DNA of 47,823 bases, filler included, from Trypethelium eluteriae (GCA_051942245.1; 2 parts of 2 records of this genome joined end to end with filler, not necessarily neighbours in it), one strand, 5' to 3'; positions 10,180 through 22,700 are shown, counted from the whole stretch's first letter. The notes: generated from the letters alone by a model not told the origin. Made by a program: numbers and translations.

Positions 10180-13100
10180 CTACCAGAATAAGTACCAGTG
10201 ACGGTAGCGCCCACTGCACGGCTGGGTCACATCATCATCAACTGTCTGTCCTTGAAGAATGGCATCGTGATATTGTACTAGCCTCATTCTCCCCTCTTCC
10301 AAATCTTGCGCCAGCGGATGCTTCTCTACCGAAATTCTGTCAAAGCCATCGATCGCCTCGTCACAGGTTTGAATGCTAAGTTCAATCTTGCCTTGCAACC
10401 TGTAGCATTTTGCAAGCTCCACCAATCCAACTAAGCGATCGGGATGGTAATCCCCTCGATGCGATTTCATGTGCTTCTGTCGCTCCGTGGTATCCACAAG
10501 GATCTCTTCGGCCTCCTGGTAGCGCTTTTGCTGCAGAAGTATTGCACCGAGTATGTTCCGACCATTCAGGATCCCAACATGGTCCTTGGCTAGATTTCGA
10601 TTTGCGACATTCAGCCCAGCACGTATGAGCTCTTCTGCTTCTTTAACTCTTCCGCAAGCATTTTGGACAAAGGCCGTATTCGCCATCGCCAACAACGTGA
10701 AGGGGTGCTCTTTTCCGAGAGTCGCTCTCCGCTTGTCAAGGACCTCCTTGATCAAGATTTCAGCCTGCTCAAGGTCATCAACGTTGAGATCTACCATTAC
10801 TCTTGCAAGATTTTCCTTAGCCCAAAGCGTGTCATGGTGGTCGTGCCCAAGGACCTCTTCCATCCCGGAAACGGCCTGTTTGTGAAGTCTGTAAGCAGTT
10901 TCCAGGTCGTCTTGTTTCCAGAATTTATCCATTGTCCTACCTAAGTTGTCTTTTGCCTTCAATGTATACTCATGATCCGGTCCTAAGCGATCGAGGAAGC
11001 CTTCTAGCACCTCCTCTTGTAGTGATTTCGCTTGCGTGTAACGTCCCCGTTGCCAAAGACTTGTCGCAAATGTGTCTTCCGCTTTAAGAGTCTCCAGATG
11101 CTGTGGTCCAAAAGTCTTTATGCATATGTGCCAGACGTCCTCCTGCATGTTGGCAGCTTCCTCAGATCGACCAAGGCCCCATAGAGTATTTGACAAGGCA
11201 ACGGTAATTGCTCTTGACCTAGAGTGTTCTGGTCCAAGCATGGCATAGGTATAATCCTTCACTGCGGATTGGAGCTCGGCTGCCTCGTCCCAATGACCAT
11301 GTTGTGCATACACGACGCTAAATTTAGCGTACATGATCGCTCTATGCCGAGTGAAGGAAGAGGCAGGAAAAATCCACCTTCTCCAGAGTGAAGATTGGTT
11401 TTCGATTATAGTCTTCTCTAAGTCTGCCCGACATCTGATTATGTGATTTAAGTGAGGAAGAAGGTGTCGATTGAAATCTTGATGCACAATGTCAGTTCCC
11501 AGAGGAGGTAATAGGATCGATGCAGAAAGCACCATCGCTGCAGTTTCCGCCCAAAGCCCTCGCTCGGCGACACTTAGGCGTTCTCGAGCATATCTGTGCT
11601 GTAGAGGGTGCATGGAATAGCTGTCACGAGATTCGTTGTAGCTAATGAGGGAGGTCTGTACCAACTCCCTCAATGCATATCTCAATTCTGTCTCATAGTC
11701 GTTGTGAGTTCCACCCTCTTGTCCTTTGCGAATGATCCTTGGCAGCGGTGCTGGACTTCCGGCTGAAAATCCGAGATAATAGAAATTTCTCAGCATTCGA
11801 ATCCAATTGGTCATCTTTCTGGATACTGTCTCCGCATCTCCACCATGACTATTATCTTGTTGCTGTCGTTCCAAGATACTGTTGTTCAAAGCTCGCCTGA
11901 AAGTCTCGAAGCGGATGTCTTCCCGATGCAGGAAGGCGAACACTTTGAGTAGCTCAATTGCATCTGCTCGATGATTTGTTAAACTGGCTTCCAGATACGT
12001 GTAATTGGCTTCCCAAGATGCATATACCCGGTTGATTGGACTTTCGTCAGAGTTCCTTCTGCTCTGCGAAATTGATCTCCAGCTCTTCTCATAGAATGGA
12101 AGGTAGGTCTCAAGAGTACATAGTCCCTGATTTATGGCAGCGCCAGCTTGTGTGATAGCTAGAGCAAGAAAATCTAAGGCCTTTGTAATCTTTTGCACTA
12201 CATTGAAGTTACGTAAGTGGACTGGGTGTGCAGCCCTAACAAGAAGTTCGTTGGCATCGTTCACTTCCAATTTCTCAAAGTCAAAAAACCCAGGGCCAAC
12301 ATTGCCATGAACTTTGTGAGCAGGATTTCTAGTCGTCACTAAAATATGACCTCTGTTTCCCTTTGGAAAGTACTTTTCCAAAGGTATTGAATGATCGTCA
12401 GCATTATCGATGAGAAGCAGCCAAGGCTGTTTGATGTTCGAAAGCCAGTATAGTGCGGCGTTCTCGTTAGGATCTCTCTCTGCGAGCCTAGCAATATTAG
12501 ATAGGGTATGTTTTATCGTCTCAGTAGTGCTTGCGTCAATCCAGAAAACACCCCAGAAACTACAGAAAGTAAGTATACCGCATGCATGCAACGTGTGCCT
12601 TTTACCTATCACGATTTTTCTTCCGCGAACTTGCAACTGAACTGCGTTTTCCCGGCGCCTCCAATACCATAAATCACAAACCTCCTCTGGTGAGATTCAC
12701 GGCTTATTCCCGGAGGAGCTATAAAGAACTTTCGTATTCTTTCGAGCAGTTGCTTGCGTCCCGTGAAAATGCTGCTGACCGGTTGTGGAGTATCGAAGTA
12801 TTCGTTTGATGATACAGCAGCAATGGCGGTCGCCGCTGAATCAACGGAGGCCTTCAAGTCAGTGTATGCGGAGAGGGTGGCCGAATCTAATTGTGCTTCA
12901 TAACTTCCAGGAACAGGAGTCGCGTCATGAAGTGTATCAATACCTGAATTAACACTGCGATTGACATCTTGGAGCTCTTTGGAAAGCTGTCGAAAAGATT
13001 CCGTGCTTGCTTCATGCGAAGCTTGTCCATATTTCCTATCTAATCATTAGATTCTCTCGAAAATCTAGAAAGTAGCGACATACAGATTGATTATAGTCAA

Positions 13101-13610
13101 TAAGATTTGGAGGTTCTTTTGGTATGTCGTTAGATGATCGCGACACTGCCTGATGCTATCCGCCTTAGATCTTTTTCTGCGAGCCTTTCTTAAGTTGTCG
13201 AGCTTGCTGGATTCTTTATGATTCTTTTCGCCGCAAATTGTCTGCACCACAGATTCCAGTGTTGAAACTCCAGCGAGGCAGTGGTTCAAACTTTTGTTAA
13301 TTTGTCTCCATAGACCTACCACAGAGTCATCATGCATAGCATTGGGGGATTGAAAGGGGTCGGTCAATATGCTGCTCATAGGATCTTCGGACTCGCTTTG
13401 TGAAGAAAAGGAATCGTCGGTCTCCGATTCAAAAGTTGCCCGGACCGATGTGACAACACCCTGCAGTGACTCAACCTCGTTTTGAAGATCGCGAATATTA
13501 TCATCAATGACAGCCGCATCCGAATGAATGGCCTTGAGGTATCTTCCAAGGCGCACAAGCACGTCCACTATGCTGATTGTACTCGCAACAATGGAAAATG
13601 GATCAGCCAT
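10180..13610 (-). CDS. Fungal NLR (STAND): HeLo-like N-terminal domain + NB-ARC + TPR repeats; exons 13610-13084, 13035-12606, 12559-10180; +1 frameshift at 12615-12619
   Basis: N-terminus MADPFSIVASTISIVDV...LQNEVESL. Then FTGRKQLL, Walker A YGIGGAGKTQ, FWGVFWIDAS, Walker B WLLLIDNADD, ILVTTRNP and LALAITQAGA. About 42-aa repeats of the LGPDHxxTL type follow. Introns 13083-13036 and 12605-12560. Corrected length 1111 aa. Confidence 0.88.
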
Positions 13611-14356
13611 TTCTCCGATAAAGCGGAGATTCTTAGCTTCTTCCGAGGAGCATCGAAGCGGAAAGCATCAGTCAAACTTATAAAAGTGAGATGAGATTCT
13701 GAACGCAAGGCAAATGGCAGCTCTGCGCCTTGGCGAAGGAGAAGTGTCTATAGTGTCTCCTACGATTGCTAACCGGTGGACCTGTGGGGCGTCAGCGCTA
13801 CCTAGTACTGTACGGAGTAGCTAGGAGCCGATGGGGTGGCTCGCCCCGAGAACGAAGGATCGTAGTGGGGGCTTGTACCAAGGGGGTTTGGAGAGCGTAA
13901 GAGGAAGTGACCCGTCGCAGGATGTTTGAGAGCTCTGCAAATTCTTCTGGGCATTTTGAATGAAGCAGTCAATGACAAATGATACTTCTTGAGCACTTCT
14001 GAGAGATGGGATTCGGCCAAGGAGGTCGATCCCTATGCGGGGTGTTTCGCCCGTCCACCGCGTCGTGAGCGGCCCGTAAAACGTGCACGGGGATCTGTGT
14101 CAAGAATAGGAAAGGCAGTCAGAGTTGATTGGCTGAGCAGAGCGTTAGAAATGTGTGGCTGCGTAGATCTGTCCAGATCGTTCGACACGCTCAAGCAGCA
14201 TGGCAGTTCGTCGCAAGCTGGCACGCGTCATTGGATGCGACATTCCCTCTTCGATGTGATATCTTTAGCTCTTTTATCTTCGAAGTTCTTTCGATCTCCA
14301 GCTCCTCACGTAATAGATTCCCATACGATCCTCCAGCTAAGCTTTTCGCTGTCAAG

Positions 14357-16277
14357 ATGGTCAACTTTTGGGAGTATGCTGTCGTCAGCAGGGCGAGTGT
14401 GCTTTTAATCTTATCAACAGCTCTGTTCTTGAGGCTATGGCGGCGGCACGCTGAAAAGAAGGCTAGTACTTGACGATGCACCAGTCGGCAGAGCTGCTAG
14501 CGTACCAGCGAGTAGAGTCGTTAGCGTATCTGCCTTGGTTTGCTGATCATTAACGACAGATTGAAAACGATTTCGCCTCTACACGAGGCTGCAAGCCACT
14601 GAAAACATGGTGTGCAAAATGGCCGTTAGGACTGGACTTGCTCATCAAGGCCTTCCAGTATGCAAAGCGCCAACAGATTATGCAGCTTTTTCTCGATGTG
14701 GTGGAGGGGTCTGGCATGACCTTTGAGCAGAGCCTTTTGGGTACGCGTGGAATCGACACAATAGATCCAGAAAATATTGAGGCTGTCTTGTCTACGCAAT
14801 TTGAGGGTACACTGACCCAGGCATTTGACTATTTGTTATATCATATTGACGATAATATCTTAGAATTTGGGTTGGGTTTGCGTCCTCCAACTTTCTATCC
14901 ACTTCTTGGTAGTGGCATTTTTACCCAGGACGGGCGCCAATGGAAACACTCTCGAGAAATGTTACGGCCTCAGTTCATGTCAAACCGCTCAGAGAACTTC
15001 GAACAGATCAAGGCATGTGTTGGAGATCTCATTTCGTGCATCCCACCCAATAGCATCGTAGACCTTCAGCCGCTCTTCTTCGGCTTAACCTTCGATACAA
15101 CGACATTCCTTTTATTTGGAAAATCGATGTCTGCCCTCAGCTCAGATGACATTGCTGGCAAAGAGTCTGAATTTGCGGATGCTTTCAGCCTTGGACAAGA
15201 CTATCTCTCTCACCGTGGTCGTTTGGGCGACTTTTACTGGCTATTATATGACTCACGATTTCGCGACGCATGCAAAACTTGCCATCGATTCGTGGATGAC
15301 GCTGTTAGAGACGCTCTTGAGGATGCCAACACTGAACAGCAAGAGAAAAGCAAATATGTTTTCATTCATGCTCTTATCCAAGAAACTCAAGACCCAAAGG
15401 TTCTGCGAGATCAGTGTTTGAACATCTTACTGGCTGGAAGGGATACCACCGCCTGCTGCCTCACCTGGACATTGTAAGCCACACATGCGATCCCTATCCA
15501 AGAGCTGCTCCCCAAAAGCTTATGTGATATCCAGTCGTCTGCTGGCTCGTCACCCAAACGTGCTTGAAAGGTTGAGAGAAGAGATCGAATCAACAGTCGG
15601 CATTGGAGATTCTGCTGTCCAGCCTGACAGAAATGATCTTAAGAAGATGCCCTACCTCAATTTTGTCATCAAGGAAGGTAATGCACCCTTCAATTGCGGA
15701 GAATGGAACATCCGACTTAGCATAGAACAGTTTTGCGTCTTTACCCTTCCGTTCCGGTCAATTCCCGCGCAGCTCTTAAAACGACGACATTACCCGTTGG
15801 CGGAGGCGAAGATGGAAGATCTCCAATTTTAGTCCGTCGTGGGGAAGCAGTAGGATACTGTGTCTACGCTATGCATCGTCGAAAGGACATATATGGTGCT
15901 GATGCTGAAGAATTCCGACCTGAGCGCTGGGAAGGAACGCAATTGAAAAATGTTGGCTGGGGATATCTACCATTCAATGGTGGACCTAGAATATGCCTAG
16001 GACGTAAGCGCCGAATTAATTTGAAGTTTCTCAATTCGTCGTCAAACATGCTGACAAATAGTTTCTTCGGGTATTAGAGGACTTCGCAATGCTAGAGGCT
16101 TTATACACCGTCGTTCGACTCATTCAGAAGTATCCATACATCGAACTTCCAGAAAATGAGCCTAGTCTCCCTCCTGGCCAGGAAAAGCAGGTTTTAACAC
16201 TTGTAATATCAAGCGCTGAAGGCTGCGAGGTCAAGCTGAGAGGACAATCATACTGGGTCCATTCAGATCGCCTATGA
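14357..16277 (+). CDS. Cytochrome P450, CYP52 clan (alkane/fatty-acid hydroxylase-like); exons 14357-14461, 14560-14806, 14864-15473, 15535-15677, 15731-16003, 16078-16277
   Basis: N-terminal membrane anchor, [30 protein letters not shown]-helix [19 protein letters not shown] (ExxR), FRPERW and heme motif [12 protein letters not shown]. Joined exons give an open 525-aa frame; intron 1 needs a GC donor. Confidence 0.92.
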
Positions 16278-16600
16278 TAATTGGCCAACGGCGTATCGAT
16301 CCATACCTAGCTCTTCAGGCTGCTTTTAGCCTTGATTGACCCGGTTAATGGGATTTACCGCGGTTTTGAATACTGGGCTATGTTAGGTTTCTCAAAATGA
16401 ATAAGAATTAAGTTCTGAATCGGTTCTTGTATTTGATGCGCAGCCCGAAGGGATAGTGCCGTCAGAAAAGAATTTAGAGTCTTAGGATCAGGAACAGGTG
16501 ATACAGAGGGAGCGAGCTCCGGACTGACGTACTTTGGGTAGGTCGATGAGCGCGCCTACAAAGTTGACACGTCCCAAGACTGCGCCCCCTGACTAACTGA

Positions 16601-18076
16601 TCATGTGCGCAGACTTCCGATCAAACTCACAAATTTGGCCTTCTCCGGCAGCCTCCATACATCCTGGTAAAATTCACCTCCAACTTGCTTTAGGCTTGCA
16701 TGCTGCGTCGTGATCTTTAGACCCGCTTCTGTGATGTCAAATTCGAGCCCAGTAGCCATCTATTCTAACGCAGCGAGCAACGGCGGGGCCCGGAGGGCAA
16801 ACTCCAGCTTCACTCGTCATTCCCAACCCATAATCTCCCCGAGCGTGAAGAGCATTCCGTTGACCAGAGTGATGCGTGCACTGATCTGATTGATCCGGAC
16901 CAATCTTAGTGATGGAGTCTTCACATTCTCGGATTCTGGCGGTCTGTGGCTCGTTTCCCCATCCTAAAACCCATCGCTGCAGGCGGTCAAGCGTGAGAGG
17001 CTCAAATTATATTTGCCTTGCACTAGCCTGGGCCGGTGGAAGCGTGGTGTTCCTTTCCTGGAAAGGCCCAAAGGATACTCGGTTCTCTGGATGGCCATTC
17101 GAAGGCTAACGATGGGCTGAGCATGAACTCGTGCCTGCCTGCAGCTGAAAAACGACCAGCAACTTGGTTTGCGACAACAATAGCAACGTCGTACGTCTGT
17201 GCAATGCGCCTCAACATATTTCTTAAGTCGAATCGGCTGAGTGCTTCTCTGAGCCATTGCGGCGGAGCCATGCTTCACTCCGGCTCCATCAGGCTCTGTC
17301 CGATGGTTCGCTACCATAGAGTCTACGACAACAAGGCCAACATCCCTTAGTCGAATTGCGACTGGCAATTGATATCAAATGGTATGTTCCTGAGACACTA
17401 AATCTGGCGTCTGAATACTGAGAAACTGCCGGAGCGACAGTTTCTGGTCTGTTGGAAGGGTCGAGAGATGTGAGTGACTCTCCAATAATTGATGCAGCCG
17501 CGTAGTGAGGAGTGGCGCTTCCGAAGAGACATAGTGCGTAGACTGGGTAAACCCTGACGGCACCGGAAGCTGGGCGTTCAAGAGCAGCGGCAATGAGAAT
17601 TACGTTTTTCCAGCACCACTGCTCAAACATTAGGTCTTCAATCGTGCGTGAATTGGAACACAAGAAATGTACACGGAGACTGCAATACCTTTCGCCGGTT
17701 ATTTCTGTCACATTTCCCTTTGGTATGCCACCGCCCAAGGCTGTATCAAGCTACCCATCGAAAGTGTGCACAGTCTCCCAGCTCCCTAGCTCCTGCTTTG
17801 CTGTCGTCCATGATCAATGCTCTTCCGACACGGCCCTCTCTTCTTCATCCGGTCTTGTATCCCCCTTTCAGTTCTTGGCTCCGAGTCTAAGGCTTGTAGG
17901 ATATCATTGGCTAATCTTTGAAGTTCAGCTCCAGGCACAAGGCTTCTTCGGGCAAGACCAATGGATTCGAGAATAAGCGAATCGCTTACAGAGTTCTGCG
18001 CCCTTTCCAGGGAGCGTGTCAAATGGGAGCGGTAGCTGGTGGGAAAGTTCGGCAGGACATGTTGTAAATCGATCAC
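16601..18076 (-). pseudogene. RAD57: Degenerate RAD57/XRCC3 (Rad51 paralogue) copy with several stops and frameshifts
   Basis: Fragments in several frames: MIDLQHVLPNFPT...SLER, LDTALGGGIPKGNVTEITGE/SGAGKT*F (intron 17688-17619; TAA at 17602-17600), YVSSEAPLLTTRLHQLL, Walker B LVVVDSMVANHRTE, VAIVVANQVAGRF, LVRINQISARITL and GLEFDITEAGL. The 3' end is approximate. Confidence 0.85.
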
Positions 18077-19360
18077 GGAGCTTGCTGCATGTTGCTACGG
18101 TGCCCTGGAAGCGCTCGAATCAGGACACCACGCGTCCGTCCAAGTGCCGGACAGCCAGAGCAAGAGGAGTATGGAGTAGAGAGAGAGAGATGGAAAAAGA
18201 CCCGGCCTGGTCGTAGCTTACGGAGTACCCGCCCTTGCGTTTTCTCCCCCGGCGGCGATTCGCCCGTGCCGCCCCGCGCGCTTCGGGGCGACGGGGCGAA
18301 CGACGCATCCACAGGGGAGAGGTGGGAGAGATTCGCGAGTCGTCAATGCAGTGTTTTTCCTCGAGCTTGACGATATACCTGTTCCCAAGGCATTGGCAAT
18401 ACACACCAGTGTTCTGGCCATATATTTTGCCGATTGGAGCTGCTGCAACAGGGAAAAGATACATTCGTTTCCCAATGAACGGTATCATCAGCCTTCTTTC
18501 TAACCAATGGTGGTCCTGTTGGCTCTGTAGAGTGTGAGACGAGAAAGTGACCATCAGTTCGGCGCCGCGTGGGACTTCAGTCCGTGGCATGCTGAAGACA
18601 CTACATCAACTGGTTCGGCTACAACAATTGAACGCTCCATTCGGCCGCTTTGCGCATGTCACCGTAGAGAAACCTTTCCCTCAAGTCCCAAGAAAACACA
18701 AGGCGGCTATATGTGACTGGCATCGTCCTGCAAATTTGCTCAATTTTGTTAGTCAAAAATTGTCAAAAGTTGTTTTCTTGTCTTGAACAGTCTGAGGGTC
18801 TAAGCCAATGGCAGTATCTCATTTACCCGTTGGTGTAACCATACGTCAATGGTTACACCAGAGTAGAGAGAACAGAGCCCACTTACAAATTCTGCTCTTA
18901 CCCTCACCGGTTTCTGCAGTAATTTCAGCAACTCTTTCTTTCCAAGCTAACGTCTGCTACTTGCTGCATCCGCCAACATTCTAGCCATCATATCTACCAA
19001 CATCGAGAAGCTTGATCGGGTTTTTGATTCCTTCCGTAGAGTAGGTATCTGGAGAAGGGCAACACCAAGCCTGGTCGTTTCCGGAGGACCTCGGGACCTC
19101 GGCAGTATGTCTATCTACACTGCACATGGAGCAGTGGGTATACCAACAGCGCCATGAAGCATGTTTAAAACCGACATTCCCAGCTAATACAGGAAAGCAG
19201 AGACCCTTCCCGCCCTCGGCGGTCTACTAAAGCCTTCAATAGACTCATTTGTAGACTTGCGAGCATCTGATAGCACTCTCCGAAATGCGTTTAACGAATA
19301 CAGGTATACTGCAGTAATTGTTGGACTCCTAACCCGCTACCGACTCCCTAAGAGGGCGAA

Positions 19361-19750
19361 TCATTCGGACTTCTGGCGCTCTGTGTGCGCGGCCTCAGTG
19401 TCGACGATGCCTTTCTTCATCGCCTTCAGGAGAGACTCCACATTCTCCTTTCGTCTCTGTGCTTGAATCTCCTGGCTTTGCGGACACCCAGCGGCCAGAG
19501 CTTCGGCAGCATTGTATTCGCGCAGATATGCCGCCACTTGACATTGATCTTCGACCCTGCGCTCGCCGCGGTCCGATAATATAGAGGCTGGGAAAGCGTC
19601 CTGGTCAACGACGTGCGACGGTTTTGGAGGCTCGTTCCTATAACAGCATTAATGATTCGTCGTTCCTGACGATCGGCGGATCAACTAAGGGAGAAAGAGC
19701 ACCGGGGTTGAGAAGATGGAAAGAAAGAGCACGTACGAATTCTCCCCCAT
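19361..19750 (-). CDS. Small two-exon hypothetical protein (96 aa); exons 19750-19737 and 19637-19361
   Basis: GCCATGG start context, intron 19736-19638 (GTACGT...TAG), then an open frame MGENSNEPPKPSHVVDQDAFPASILSDRGERRVEDQCQVAAYLREYNAAEALAAG...VESLLKAMKKGIVDTEAAHTERQKSE*. Confidence 0.5.
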
Positions 19751-22700
19751 GGCCGCGGTTCTTCTACAGTGTGGTTACGTGGAACCGACGCCACATCAAG
19801 AGAGTACGAATAATGACTGTCCAGAATAAGACCAGGAGAGGGACTCGACCTTACAAGACGGGAATCGTGGAAGCAATCTTGAAATGGGACCTCTGAACAT
19901 ATTTTTCAAGAGAAGAGGGTGTTGCTATTCTTTAGTATCTAAGACCTACGGCCGAAGATTGCGTCAAGACAACAACAAGAAGCCCCCGATACAGCTTTTT
20001 TTTGCTCGAGAAGCTGAGCTGTAGGAGCGCGTGCCACCATAGCATCTTTCAGTGACCTAGCCCTTATCACCACGCCGTTTTACCGGTCACACGTTGGGTT
20101 CCAACCATACGGACATCCCAAGCGAAGGCCTGCATCACATTGCAAAAACGATGAAGCTCAGATTAGACAATCGTGGGCGCCTTAAGGGCTTGCTGCTGGG
20201 TTTATCTGCAAGCCCGATCCGTGGCACTTCAACGCCGTCGAATGAGGGATCGTAAATGGACTGGAGGAAACTTATCTTTGGTGATGGAGGAAGTGGGCTG
20301 GATACAATTACAGATACATACCAAGCCTGGCGAGTCCGCAGCGCCAGAAAAGCTATCAAGACGTTCTCGCTAATGCACGCCACATGCGGCATATTATGTC
20401 CCAAAGGATGCAGGGCTGAGACCGGTCTGCATATGTCAGATCTGTAGGCGTTGCTTCCTCCCGTAATACAAGTCGTTTGAATGGACGAATCAGCCTACAG
20501 AGACCCGGAGTCCTGTGGGATGCGCAAACTTTTGCGGGGCCCACAGGCCTGTCGGAAAGCCCGTCACCCCGTGTAATGCATTCCAGGACGGCAACGGCTT
20601 AACGGTTCAACGGCTCAGCATCCGTGGCTGCCTGCAGCCGTTGCATGATTGTCTGTTTCCGTATAACTCGCCCTAATCGTCCTTTGGTACTTTTGTTTTT
20701 GTCATAATCGATTGGCACCACTTATTGCGTATGCTCCAGCACAAGCCTTTCTGAAATCGACCTCATTTGACGAGGCGAGTAACAACCTGAGAGTCTTTCC
20801 GCCAAAGCACGACCCGTCCCAAGTTCCAGCTCGCTCGTGCCGCTTACCTGTGTCGCTTATCCGTGTCGCTTATCCATGTCGGCCGGCATCGTGCTAGGAA
20901 GGGGAATAAGGTTAGAACATGCAGCGATTTGTAAAAACCGATAGCTAGGTACTTATGTACGAGAGACTTGAGCTGGCTGCAGAGTTTGCAGAACGTGGTA
21001 GTAAGAGACGCCATTGCTATTGGCGTTGCCTTGATCAAATTCAATTTCATTCGTTGCCTCTGCGGTCGCAGGGACTTGGGGCCCCCGTGATTATTGCCAA
21101 GATCTAGATTTGCGAGCGGGGGGCACAGCCAATGATTGACTCGCTTCGCATCTCGGCGTTTCGTACTCTCAGCCTCACAAAATATTCCAAACACCTTGTG
21201 GAGGCTCATGCTGTGCAGACGTTATTTGGAAAAGCTGCAGCGCCAATGCAGGAAAGAGATTGGCGACAGAAAAGGAGAAACTTGGTCGCGACCACGTCAT
21301 GGACATTATGTTTCGAGCCAAGATCCGACGTCTGCAAACAACCACTGGGAGCAATAATGTGGTCTTGAATATTACAGTCGTAATCTCCGATATCTCTTTC
21401 TTGTGCAAGATAACCATGAAGCAAAAGGTAAGTGGATTGACATGCGAGCTGTCACGACTGTTCTCGGCGGAAAATTGAGCTAGATGAACAACATGATCGT
21501 AGCGTAGCTCGACACGCGCTTCCACGTTTTTGTGACGCCAATTTAAGGCTTTTAGAGAAGGCCGAATATATGCCGAACAAAAGGAAAAGAAAAAAAGAAA
21601 AGAAAAGAATGCAATGAGACAAGCTGTTTGCTACTACCTTCAACAAGCTCGATGAGATCATCAGGACAGGCAACCTTACTCGGACCGCACCACGGACCGA
21701 TATGCGAGGTCCATCGGTGACCATCAAAGAACCACTTTCATGAAAGCGAGCATCCGCTTTTTTGTCGAAACTCGTGCCTCGATGCCCGAATCAGTCATTA
21801 ATTAATGAGATGGCAGACGAAGATCGAATGAGCGTCAGGCTCAACGACGGGAACTTGATGCCGAGGGTGTAGCTAAAATTCTCGGCCCAAGTACTTCCTA
21901 CGGACGTACAGATGCTAGTAGCTAGCCTTCGGCTATAGCACCGCCATGACCAGGAGAGAGAGCCCAGATCAGCTTGAATGGGGGCCAGTCGAGGCCTTTA
22001 AGACGGCTCTCCGACTGGCTACCGTCATCTCGGAACCGCTCGCATGTACTACACGGAGCTTCAAGTCGGCGCTGTTGTTAACGAGAGCGGCATGGCTCAG
22101 GGAAGACATCCTCGGGATGACCACGTGCGACCATGAATGCAGCGATGATCTCCACGGTCCCATCAACGCGAGCTTGGCAAAGCTGCAGCTCGAATTTGTG
22201 GATTCGTTTGTGTTACCATAAGGGGAATTCCTTTGCTCCGACGTTTGACCAAAGGCAGACTTCTTCTCCACTCTCCATACTGGATGAAGTCTGACACAGA
22301 CCTGCAGGCTGTCTGGAGGATGATGGGATGCAACAAAACCAACAGCAAGACTTGCTCTATCCGTGTCTGCGACTACATTGTACCTCACTTTCAAGCGACG
22401 CCGGCAGCTGCAGCTGCCTGACCCGGCATAAACCTAACCGAGCATCATCCATACTTACGAAATGGGGACCTCCTGCCATTCTCATGCAAAAAGGCGTTGC
22501 GATATCTGCATATAATGTTCTGTCGCCAATCACGAGAAACCGACATGACACTCTGGAAGAAACACTACTCCACCTTGGGTAAAAGTACTCGATGACTCGG
22601 AATCTGATCTGCCTGAACTGTTGTCCACAATCGGGGATCGTAGTCGTGACGATGAGTTCGCAGGAGGAATTCATGGATTGCCTGAGGCTGCACAATTTTC

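Noticed and set aside
10400..11350. Hypervariable, highly conserved tandem TPR array as in HNWD-type genes
   Set aside because: The repeats are strongly diverged from each other at protein and DNA level.
14357..16277. Secondary-metabolite cluster around the P450 and MATE genes
   Set aside because: No PKS, NRPS, terpene synthase or other backbone gene in the window.
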